In this document: piece by piece, positions 51,373 to 61,279 of the stretch
Layout of the letters: every line of letters begins with the position of its first letter
Position numbering within the stretch: position 1 is the stretch's first letter
Assembly (NCBI GenBank): GCA_946965045.2
Contig: OX337234.1
Span: 3,162,001-3,226,000, forward strand
Reading direction: 5' to 3'
DNA from: Epithemia pelagica
Taxonomy: Eukaryota > Protista > Bacillariophyta
Length of the DNA stretch: 64,000 nucleotides
The notes under the pieces: generated by a model
What the model saw: the letters and a program-made list of their open reading frames with translations, nothing else
The model's database searches: none
Told to the model about the DNA's origin: nothing
Made by a program: the position numbers and the translations under genes

Positions 51373-52218
51373 GCGTATTGGACGTTGCGATGTTCCAAAA
51401 CACTGAGCTCTTATCGCTCATTTCCCTTTCTTCTGTTCCTTAGCTCTTACGTCATTGGTCTGTCACCTAGACATAGCGATGGTATCACTAGAGTCTATCT
51501 AGGTAGTATCACTAGGCTAGCATACTACTCCTAGTGTTGATATCACTAGTCTAGCTACTTGGCTAGGGGTCTATTGCTGAAAATCTGTTGTTGTGGTTAC
51601 GGTGTAGCCGCCAGCGGGGGCGAGTATTTCACGGCGAATTCTCCTACACAGCACGGCGCGTCATGGTTTGGTCAGGTACTTGGTCCTTATAGAGGTAGAG
51701 GTGATTCTCGTCCACGTCATCCATTTGTGGTCAGTGAAATCTGGGAGTGCACTTCTTGATTCGACATTCGACATTCGACCCATCAAAATCAACGAACGAG
51801 CCATAACGAACACCATGATGGCGGCAAGGGCGACAAACAGCATGGCAACCATTTCCAAAATGAGAGATTCCATCTCTGTATCACGACAATTATTCCGTAC
51901 TGTGCACGTTAAAAGGCCGGATCGAGTTTCGTCCCATTTCCCTTTTGCTTCCTTGAGCACCCATGCTTTTCACGTCTTGGATACGACAAGATCGAATCCT
52001 TTTCAAGAACATGGCACAACGTTGGATCGGTCGCCAAGACAAGTGATTCATCCATTTCAAAAACGTGCCTTGGTGGTTGTTTCTCAGCATAAACCAGGAG
52101 AAAATGTGTCCGACCACAACATATCCTCTGGTCCGAACGATGAGGCATCGTCTTCAGGCGCTCTACAGCCATCCCTACCAGTGAACAACGCCAACTTCCC
52201 CGTCAAAGAAGGCAATCA
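51354..52218. repeat. Right arm of the inverted repeat (includes inverted motif M copy 5 at 51574-51641)
   Basis: Reverse complement of 43114-43949. Confidence 0.95.
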
Positions 52219-54340
52219 AGGAAACATGCCTGAGCAAAGTGTTTGGGTCAAGGTCATCCAGAAAACGGGCGGAGACAATTACGAGGACCTCGGAGATCCG
52301 TTTCAGATATTGCCGCGTCCGGCGAACGTGAGTGACTTGCGCAACAAAGTCAAGGAAGAGGCGGCAAACAACCTTGCGCATGTTGCCGCTAATGAACTCC
52401 TTGTGTTTGCGCCTGATAAAGACTACGAGAATGAGGAGAATCAAATGGACCCTTGGGATGCAGTCGAGGAAATTAAAACGAGTTCCAACGAAAGAAACGC
52501 ACCGTGCCCGCTGATTGTGGTGGCACCTGTAGAGAAGCTAAACAAGCAAGAAGAGCCATCTGCAAAGAAGGCAAAAAAATTCTCGGAGCTTGTCGCCAAG
52601 GATGACTACCAAGCCGCGGTCAAATTGCTTAAAGAAAGTGCGGGAGGATACCTTGCAAGAGGATTCGATCCCAAGGTATACCGCGAACCTCATCTTTCTA
52701 TGGGCACGTGGAACAAAGAGGAGATTCAGCAACAACTCTGCGAAAAGCGCGAATTGATTGAAAAAAGACTTGCTTCTTTCAAGCCCACCGATCGTCAGAA
52801 GGTTGTTCTCGGACTTCGCTGTGGCTCCGGTTTCGGAAAAACTCACATCCTGACGGAAGCCCCTGAATTACTTGCCGCTGAGGGCTTGTACGTCACGTAC
52901 AACCAGTATCAGGACTTATCGACAGACAAAGATGATCCGGTGAAAGCTCTGCTCATTCGGTTGTTACTTGCCATGTGTGGATGCGCTTCGCAAGACGCGG
53001 GGCAGTTCTTCAAAGAGCCGGCTTCCAGACAATTTTTTGATGTTTCGATGGAAACACTTCGTGCGTGTTTTGTCGGATATGCTAAGGAAAGATTCGAGGC
53101 GAAAGATCTTGTCATTGGTGTTGACGAGATAATGGACCTTGCCAAACTTAGTTTTCCGGCTGCCCAGTTAGTCATATCCGAACTTGCGTACATCTCTTTC
53201 TCATTTAAGTCCAACAAACCGGTTTCAAGATGCACTGTCCTGGTCAGTTCTTTGGAGGAGAGCGTCTTTGCGACAAGGAGTGGGCGGCCTGTTGAAGATT
53301 GGAATCCAAGAAAGGCAAACCGCGCTGCACTTGAATATTTTGCGGCATCCACGGCAGGAGACAAGGAAAATTATATGGCTCTTGTGAACGCAATTTGTGG
53401 CGCGCATATGCGATCGATTGTCGTTGCCTTTGATCTCCTAAAGCAGGGACACGCACCACGAGTTCGTGCCCTGTACAATTCACTATATGCAAGGATGGGA
53501 TTGAAGCTGATTGGGCCAGATTTGAGTGAGGTTTGCGTCTACGTTGAAGCATGTATCACGTCGAAAGCTGATCCATCTCCCTCCAACAACCTTGAATCAA
53601 TTGTTGGAGAGGACTTGGCTGTCCCTCCAGTGATCATGATGAAGGCGTTTGACAACTCACCAGCTCTTTCTACGCGGCTTGAAGAGCTTTTTAATGCATT
53701 CCATCTTTGTGATGGAGGGCCAGGAAAGCAGCTGGAGGAAATATCCAAGGCGTATGATTTCTTTCGGGCAGAATTACGTCTACCTATCGTACCCGCCAAA
53801 GCACGTATCTGCATTCCAAAGGGTCCTGGCTTTCAGACGGCGGAATGGTTCCGGTCATTGCGTTTCCCTGAAGTCATGGAGGAGAGCCGCGAAGCGCTGC
53901 TGGAAACGCGGTCCGTTGTTTGCGGGTCAAAGAGTCGAAAAGAAGTGGTTGCGACGGCGGTGGTCCCTACGTTTGGTACGTACTATCACCCAGCCGTTAG
54001 TAATCACCCCTGGCTTGATCGTTTGGTTGTTGGACAACACTCGAAGGATTCCTTTTGCTTGGTAATTTATCAAGACAAAGTGAATGCCGCTGACTTTCCA
54101 GATGCATGCAAGAAACTGAACAAGGCAGCGAATGTTCTATCTGGACCACACCAAGTTTTGCTTGTCGTTAACGTGATTGGAGCGACGACCAACACCACAG
54201 CTCATGCGAGTCTGGAGCGACCCTACATTCTTATTAGGGAAGGAGACGAAGTGAGTTCTTTCTATTCTCGCAATTTCGCGGAAATGGTGCGATACAGTCG
54301 GGAGAGACACCTTCTTTCTACCAATTCGAAAACGGTGTGA
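51815..54340 (+). CDS. Chimeric gene: ISCA2 N-terminal 134 codons fused in frame to an intact CR-type Ubl/NTPase/REase effector (copy 7), 841 aa
   Basis: caccATG at 51815; MMAARATN...FPVKEGN matches the ISCA2 N-terminus, then QGNMPEQSVWVKV (header ATG 52226); no stops to 54340. Confidence 0.75.
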   Translation: MMAARATNSMATISKMRDSISVSRQLFRTVHVKRPDRVSSHFPFASLSTHAFHVLDTTRSNPFQEHGTTLDRSPRQVIHPFQKRALVVVSQHKPGENVSDHNISSGPNDEASSSGALQPSLPVNNANFPVKEGNQGNMPEQSVWVKVIQKTGGDNYEDLGDPFQILPRPANVSDLRNKVKEEAANNLAHVAANELLVFAPDKDYENEENQMDPWDAVEEIKTSSNERNAPCPLIVVAPVEKLNKQEEPSAKKAKKFSELVAKDDYQAAVKLLKESAGGYLARGFDPKVYREPHLSMGTWNKEEIQQQLCEKRELIEKRLASFKPTDRQKVVLGLRCGSGFGKTHILTEAPELLAAEGLYVTYNQYQDLSTDKDDPVKALLIRLLLAMCGCASQDAGQFFKEPASRQFFDVSMETLRACFVGYAKERFEAKDLVIGVDEIMDLAKLSFPAAQLVISELAYISFSFKSNKPVSRCTVLVSSLEESVFATRSGRPVEDWNPRKANRAALEYFAASTAGDKENYMALVNAICGAHMRSIVVAFDLLKQGHAPRVRALYNSLYARMGLKLIGPDLSEVCVYVEACITSKADPSPSNNLESIVGEDLAVPPVIMMKAFDNSPALSTRLEELFNAFHLCDGGPGKQLEEISKAYDFFRAELRLPIVPAKARICIPKGPGFQTAEWFRSLRFPEVMEESREALLETRSVVCGSKSRKEVVATAVVPTFGTYYHPAVSNHPWLDRLVVGQHSKDSFCLVIYQDKVNAADFPDACKKLNKAANVLSGPHQVLLVVNVIGATTNTTAHASLERPYILIREGDEVSSFYSRNFAEMVRYSRERHLLSTNSKTV

Positions 54341-55116
54341 ACTTCCTAGTCGATGGAGAGGGGAGGAAAGAAGATCTGGCAATCCTCCCCCCACCATCCT
54401 GGGGAGACCTTTGCAGATGATGGACAACAGTAAGTACAAGTTTGTATTGTTCCTTCTCAAGAGGAAATTATCTTGCCCTATCTGGAAGGTTCCTTTGAAC
54501 GATTCGGAAATGTGATCCAGAATAGGCATTCTTTTGACGTATATCGATTCGATATTCGTCAATATCGATCCAATAATTGGAGATAACTCATAATTGTTGT
54601 GGTGATCATCCCACTCTCATCACTTTCACCGCCCATTCTCGGATTCATTCACTCGTTGCCATCATCTTTGGGGAATCGCCCGACCCCTGCTTTTGAAACC
54701 AGAGCGTCTATTGGTACTCCTATTTCCTACTCCTTCCGTCTATCTCGATTGTCGATAGTCGATGTTTGTTTTTAGGAGTACTAAACGTATATATATCACA
54801 GATCACAGAGTAGACTTTGCACTGTCAACTGTCAGACGACTTGGCTGTCTGTGCTTCGCCCGCCGCCATAGTCCAAAGACAAGAATGTCTTAGCTACGTC
54901 TGTTGCGACACAAGTTTCCAGCTCCGCGTTATTGGAAGAAAAGGTCGAGCGTCGAGCCACACACCATGATGAAATGGAAAACGCAAGTCTTGTTTTCACG
55001 AAAACTTGAAATCTCACCGCGAACCACGCACCACGCATCGAAAATCGTAATGAAAACAGTCATCAACGATACCCGCCACATACAGTCAAACAATAGACCA
55101 GCATCCTTGGGTCAAT

Positions 55117-57186
55117 ATGCATGATCAGATGGAGTCTGACCCAGAATCCTTTGATCAAGTATGGGAAAAGCTTTGGAGGACCCATGGCTTTTGTCCTTCC
55201 AACACCGAATCGCAAGCAGAGCGTGATAAGTGGCGCTCGCTGTACGAAAATTGCTCTAATGAAAACTGTCCACTAGTTAGAGAAACGCTCCGAATGCATG
55301 TATCTTCGTACAAGAACCAACAGAATGATTACAAGAAGAAAATAGCCGAGATGGCCGACGATTGCAAGAAGGAAGTGCGGAAATACAAGAACCAACAGAA
55401 TGATTACAAGAAGAAAATAGCCGAGATGGCCGACGATTGCAAGAAGGAACTAGCCGCGATGGCCGACGATTGCAAGAAGGAAGTGCGGAAATACACAATT
55501 GAAGGTCTCCTGGTCGATCAACACGAGTTTCCTTGCACCAAGAAAGGTGGAACAGTTTCGGGAGCGCATTCTTCTTACAATTATGATCGGGCGATGGCAT
55601 CTCAATCGAGACAGTTTGTAAATAAGCCCATCGACCCTGAACTACTTCCCGACCGCACAAAACGCAGGCATTCCAGTATGCTTTGTAAATTCTATGGTGG
55701 CATGCAAACATTCGGAAGTGAAGCTGACATTCAGTCGTATGTCCGGAGTGCTCTGGAAGATGCAGTCACCGTTGTCCAAGGACTGATTGATGGCAACGGT
55801 GACGGTGAGAACAACTTGCTAACGATTCGTGCTGAAGCAAGTATGTTTTCGAACAGACCGGACCTTATCGCTGTATCTTATGAGCGCTTTCACGGAATGC
55901 CTCTTTTTGCTGTGGAAGTCAAACAGCCCTGGAAGGGCAAGATCAATGATCGTATTTGGGGCCAAGTACATGATTATGGGGAATTCATGCGATTGCAGGG
56001 CCACTACAACCCATTTGTCGTGCTAAGTTCTTTTAACGAGTCGTATCTTCTATGGAATGCCAACGATGCTAGCTGTGATCGCGTCGCAAAAGAGAGCCAC
56101 AACCGATTTACAAAGGCGACCTTTGCACAAATTTGGAAGAGTCTCCATTCTCAGAGGCTCGTGAACACTCCATCCCCGCGAGGTGTAGAGGACCCAAAGG
56201 AATCGATGCCAAGAACAGACAAGAGCTCGGACAGGAACCTGTTTCATTCAGAGTCGACCACATCGAAAGACCTTGTCTGTCTGCTCGTGAATGGGCTCAT
56301 CTGCAGTCTCACAAATTTCCAAGGACCATCTAAACTGTATTTGTGGCATAGCGTCTGTCTGAACGATGTGTACGTTATGGAGTTGACACAGAAGGGATAT
56401 GAGTTCTGTTACCAATCGTTCACCGTTACGCCTTGGAACCCAGAACTTCTAAAAGGAGAAAACACTTTTTACTTGGTTGAACTAATTGGTGTCGGGATTA
56501 CCTCACGCGTCTTTCGGGCTATCTCAAAACAAAATTCTTGTGAATGTGTCATAAAAATGTATGTACGAGAGTACGATGAAACAAATGGTTATGCCAATAT
56601 TCCGCCAAAGCAGTTCCAGACAAATGCTAAGGAAACAATGAATCGTGAGCATGACATGTACAAAGTTATCTACTCGAGTCTCGGGATAGAAACATTTCGG
56701 ATAACTTTGAATGGTCTTGAATGCCTCATTCTTCCCTTCTTCCGTCCTGTCCAGAAGCACCAAAGGGAGGAGGCGTTGCAGGGCGTCAACGCGTGCCTAA
56801 TGAAGTACTTCAAGGCGTTGAACGAAAGCAATTCTGTCTTTTACCAGTTTAACAAAGACGATCAGGCATGGAGACACTGTGGTTATTTTCGAGAGGAATT
56901 GGTTCTCTTCGATTTGGCTGAACTTAACGAGCAAAGCTACGACAGTGACAAGCAGAAGGAGTCTGTAAGGACGCATGAAAAACGCCTTCGGGAAAGATTC
57001 GTCGAAGGATCTTATGACAAGAAACAAAACACTGAAATAATGCGGAAAGCACCCTTTTTCAGCAAGCAGACTCAGAAATCAGGAGTTACGCAGAGAAGTC
57101 CGCAACTTCTCGACAAGGAGACTCCGAACTCAAGGGTTGCGTCCATGGCTACTAAGGAGGAGGAGAGTGAAATTGGTTCATTGTAG
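55117..57186 (+). CDS. CR-type REase-kinase effector, intact copy
   Basis: Near-identical to 35372-37441 but retains LVLFDL; probable start at 55129. Confidence 0.78.
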   Translation: MHDQMESDPESFDQVWEKLWRTHGFCPSNTESQAERDKWRSLYENCSNENCPLVRETLRMHVSSYKNQQNDYKKKIAEMADDCKKEVRKYKNQQNDYKKKIAEMADDCKKELAAMADDCKKEVRKYTIEGLLVDQHEFPCTKKGGTVSGAHSSYNYDRAMASQSRQFVNKPIDPELLPDRTKRRHSSMLCKFYGGMQTFGSEADIQSYVRSALEDAVTVVQGLIDGNGDGENNLLTIRAEASMFSNRPDLIAVSYERFHGMPLFAVEVKQPWKGKINDRIWGQVHDYGEFMRLQGHYNPFVVLSSFNESYLLWNANDASCDRVAKESHNRFTKATFAQIWKSLHSQRLVNTPSPRGVEDPKESMPRTDKSSDRNLFHSESTTSKDLVCLLVNGLICSLTNFQGPSKLYLWHSVCLNDVYVMELTQKGYEFCYQSFTVTPWNPELLKGENTFYLVELIGVGITSRVFRAISKQNSCECVIKMYVREYDETNGYANIPPKQFQTNAKETMNREHDMYKVIYSSLGIETFRITLNGLECLILPFFRPVQKHQREEALQGVNACLMKYFKALNESNSVFYQFNKDDQAWRHCGYFREELVLFDLAELNEQSYDSDKQKESVRTHEKRLRERFVEGSYDKKQNTEIMRKAPFFSKQTQKSGVTQRSPQLLDKETPNSRVASMATKEEESEIGSL

Positions 57187-57863
57187 GAGTATTTCTGAAC
57201 CAAATTGTGTTTGCTGTTTTGGTTTGGGCTTTTTGCATCTTCGCTTCTCTATGGTGATCTCCATGACAGCATCTTGATCGACCTTTGTCGATTATTCCGC
57301 CTTTAATTGATTATTCCCTTTAATTGTTCTACCTTCGCAGAAACCAGCACAATAGTCTGATGCAAGAAATTCCGATAACCAATTCTTGAATTCTAAAGGA
57401 AATATGGGCAGACGATGGGCTGTGTAAAATAGAAGCAACCACGCTCAAAATGCCGTCTCGCCCACCAGTTGCTGGTTCCGGAAAAATATCGTTCGTGCAA
57501 AACGTAGGTACTTTCTTCCTCGTATGTAGTATGATGCACTTTCCCAATGCCGGGCCTGTACCGTTGACGAAGAGGTCGGTCATCCGCTGTTGTACATGCA
57601 CAAGAAGTTGATGATTGAATGGCAAGAGTTCCCCGTCGCCCTGCCCTAGTTCTTACCTATCAATCCCTGGATCCAGCACCGCTGGCTTTCTGAATTACAT
57701 ATGGTTGACAAGTCCATGAGTTCTATAGTCTCGTGGTTCATGCATAGTCCGTTTTTGATCGAGATATATTGCCCTAGAACCATTGGATTGATGAAAAAAG
57801 TCAATTTGTTTCAGGTTTTGTCCAACCTAGCTATTGGATGCTCTGAAACTTGTGTGGTTCTCC

Positions 57864-59955
57864 TTATTGCGTTTGAGTGCGGTTTCGGGTGACGAGACGT
57901 TCCCACAAGGCCGGGTTGGTCGTTTGGAAGTGTTGGGTCATGAGGAATTTCAAATGACATCGTATCCGATTGTGGAAGACGTTGGATCCTTGATGAGGAA
58001 ACTTTGTACCGGCCGCCTTGCCATTTCTCAAATGAGCCAAGAATGCCATTTGGGGTTTCACTTGCTTGGTCCGAATTCCATGACCACTAATAGTATCATT
58101 CATGAGATACCAGGCCCAGTGCACATAAAAGGTACGAATGGTCGATGTTCGATAAATACCCTTGGGTGCCGTTTGGTCAAAACGATAACATTGCTTTTGG
58201 TCCAATGTCAAGGCATCCAGCCGTGATGGATGGGCACTACGCTGGTTTGCTGCATCAGAATGATTGTTGGTGGTGGATTTGCAAGGACCAAAGGCAATCC
58301 GGGGAATGGCAATGTTATCAAACGAGTGTTGCTGTCGTTTGGGAGTGAGGATATATTCCTGATTCAACTGGGACAGTGTACCATTCAAGACACTTTGGGG
58401 CGACAGGGAAGACGCCCATTGTGTTGTTGTTGTTAGTGTTGTTGCGCCATTCCACGGCCGGTTCATGGTTGACACGACTAAATGTTCATCGACATCCCAA
58501 TGTCCCATCCATTCCGTTTCATTCTCATAGCGACGCAATGCGGCATTGGAGGCAATCACTTGGGCGGTATACAATCGTTTGCCGGTCCCGACATTGCACT
58601 CGGTATCCCGTTTTGGGTAATGGACGTAGGTGAGAATTCCCAGTTCCAAATAGGGTTGACACAGCTCATGGACGAGGCTCTGATATGGATTGGGGCTGTC
58701 ATCGTAGAGATAAAAGTGTTGGATGATTCCCAAGGCGACATGATGTTCCAACCATGCCACAATATCCAGTGGATCAATGGAGAGTCGTTGGCCGTCAGTG
58801 CCTCGTTCATAGGACAAGGACACGCGCGTCATGAGGGACAGTTTGTGTTTTCTCTTCTTCTTCTTCTTGTTCGTTTGGTCATGGTGTCCACCAACGGTTG
58901 GAGGAGGAGGAGGAGGAGGCTGGTACGGTTCGTCACGGGATGGAATCGTATTCGTCGTCCTAGTAGTAGTACTATTGCGACGAGTGCTGGGAAAGGACGG
59001 CCATGCATGAGAACAAATGGGAATGTGAGCAAGGGTGGGTATTGCGCCATATTCTTCATGGGCACTATGTGTCGTTGTCCCCACCAATGTTGGATCCAGA
59101 TTCGACCCTATTGTTGTAGTATTGGTGGGTGGAATAAGAACCGGCCAATGGTGGTGGTGGTGGTGGTTGGCAGATTGACGTGCCGCCGCCACCGCCATTG
59201 TCACGGATGGTTGGAGTGACAAAAACATGTTGGTTTCCGTGGCTCCACTCGGTGGCAAGCGAGACTGGAGATGAAATGGAACGGGACATTGAATCAAGAT
59301 ATAGGGGACGCGTGAATAGGAGGTGGTGGGCAGTCTCTGAAAGGGAAGCAAGGGGTGCGAGGGGACTCGCGATCCGTCCCATTCATAGACACAGTCAAAC
59401 GTGACATTGCCATGCGTCGTACTACTAAACAAGTGCGCCAGATTGTTGTGGTCATGATCATGACAATTGTAATGATTTTCCCCCACCAAAAAGACTTGAG
59501 TTTGATCGTGCGAGCCAAAGACATCGGCAAGGAGTGGCAAAAAGGAGGATTGCGGTGCCGTAGGAGGAGCAATGGGGTACTCGCGATAAAAGCAGTGTGC
59601 CCTGTGGTGTCGAGTGAACCGTTGTTGTTGTTGTTGGGTGTCGTCGTCTTGTGGACGGTTCTTGCTGCCTTGCTCCGATAAAGAGTCATTCTCGCTCTTG
59701 GAAAGGTATTCATTTCGCGTTTCGTTCACGACTGTCGCTTTGGCTTTCGAATGCGGTGGATGCTTTGGCACTTGTCGTGGTGATGGTGGTTGATCGACCT
59801 CGTGCAGCATCGTCATGGCAAGGGAAAGATCGGTCCACGTAGCATCCTCCGACGAGGAGAAGAGGAGCGAGACATTGTATTGCCAAATGGTTGCTGCACC
59901 GAGAATGCCTCCAACCAACACGCTGGAATGCTTCCAATTTCGGGGACGCGGCCGC

Positions 59956-59997
<42 letters not shown>

Positions 59998-60026
59998 CTG
60001 GACGAAGGTGGAGGAGGAGGAGTCAT
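57864..60026 (-). CDS. GT92-like copy 3 (probably the ancestral-position copy)
   Basis: Intact frame, WMGHWDVDEH; RQ-encoding hexamer repeat at ~59955-59997; upstream flank leads to single-copy genes. Confidence 0.75.
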
Positions 60027-60459
60027 TGTAAAGAATTTTCGAGAGTGCGGGTTTGTGGTGATTGGTGACTGGTGGCTGGTGGGACCAATCAGTGACCCCC
60101 AAACCCCCCAAATAATATCGGGGTGGGTATCATAATATCCGAAATTGGTTGGGCTTCTTCGATGAGTCGCGTTACAATAGATTCGATCCGACGAATCAGC
60201 ACGCGTGCCATGCTCCTGTCGCACATCGGTTTCAAATGACGCATACTAAAACCTACCAATGACGTTTGTTCTTTGGAAATGACGTCCATGACGTAGTGCG
60301 CCATCTTGCAAAGGATGTCGAAAGACACCAACGCGGCAACCATGAGATGTGGCTGGTCACAACAATAGAATATAATCTAGGTAGGACCTCGAGCCATCAC
60401 AAAAGATCCGACGAGGAGACGACGAACGCGAAAGACGACAACACCATCGACCATCAATC

Positions 60460-61164
60460 ATGAAGTTCCCCGTGTTTGCCATAAGTATTTCGACTCTTGC
60501 TTCGACCGCCACCGCACTCAGTTCGAACTATCTCACTCAATTGAACGGTGTGAATGGCCATGTCAATGGGCACGTGAATGGCCATGTCAATGGGCACGTG
60601 AATGGAAATGACATGAAACCCTTTGGTGTGTCGACGGCCGAGCCTGCCAGTGTTGTTGCCACGGCGTCTGGTGGTCCATCGCAAGAACTCTTGGATCTAT
60701 TTAGTCGCCAAGTTTCGCAAGAATTGTACGCCTCGCAACTGTACTTGAGTGCCTCCATTTGGTTCACGGCGCAAAACTATGCCGGTATGGCCGCCTGGGC
60801 CTTGGAGGAATCGGGCGAAGAGCGCGAACATGGCTTGTCCATTTTGGAATTTGCCAACAAGCGCAAATTTCCCGTCACCTTGAATCCCCTGCCGGCTCCG
60901 CCTGCGACCTGGTCCTCCATGTTGCATGTGTGGCAAGACATTTTGCAATTGGAAGAGACCAATTCGCAATCGCTCTTGAATGTGGCCGCGGCGGCCGATC
61001 GGTGTCACGATTATGCCTCCTTGTCCTTTTTGGGTCCCTTTCATGAAGAACAAATTGATGCCGAAGCCAAAATTTCCAAGATTTTGGCCAAACTCCAAGA
61101 CGCCTCTCCCGAGTTGGTTCGACAAGTCGACCATGATTTGGAAGAAGAGGAAGACGACCATTAG
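60460..61164 (+). CDS. FTN: Ferritin, probably plastid-targeted
   Basis: Signal peptide MKFPVFAISISTLASTATA-L then a transit-like region; ferroxidase pattern QELYASQLY, EEREH, LEETN, EEQIDAE. Confidence 0.92.
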   Translation: MKFPVFAISISTLASTATALSSNYLTQLNGVNGHVNGHVNGHVNGHVNGNDMKPFGVSTAEPASVVATASGGPSQELLDLFSRQVSQELYASQLYLSASIWFTAQNYAGMAAWALEESGEEREHGLSILEFANKRKFPVTLNPLPAPPATWSSMLHVWQDILQLEETNSQSLLNVAAAADRCHDYASLSFLGPFHEEQIDAEAKISKILAKLQDASPELVRQVDHDLEEEEDDH

Positions 61165-61279
61165 ACTGACTCGGATGGCACACGTGTAAATAACTAAAAT
61201 AGTAACAATCAGAGAGAGAGAGCGAGAAAGAGGCCTTTTCGGCAGGAACAGCAATGAATTTACTGGTAACAACTTTTCT

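Larger units (their letters stand above)
43734..51573 (-). mobile_element. DIRS-type tyrosine-recombinase retrotransposon, decayed
   Basis: gag-like ORF, RT/RNase H and overlapping YR on the minus strand; ~215-bp CTAG-rich inverted termini (43734-43949, 51354-51573); no TSD seen. Confidence 0.85.

Noticed and set aside
42729-61164. Iron-themed clustering of ISCA2 and ferritin
   Set aside because: ISCA2 here is a displaced pseudogene ~17 kb from ferritin, and there is no evidence of shared regulation.
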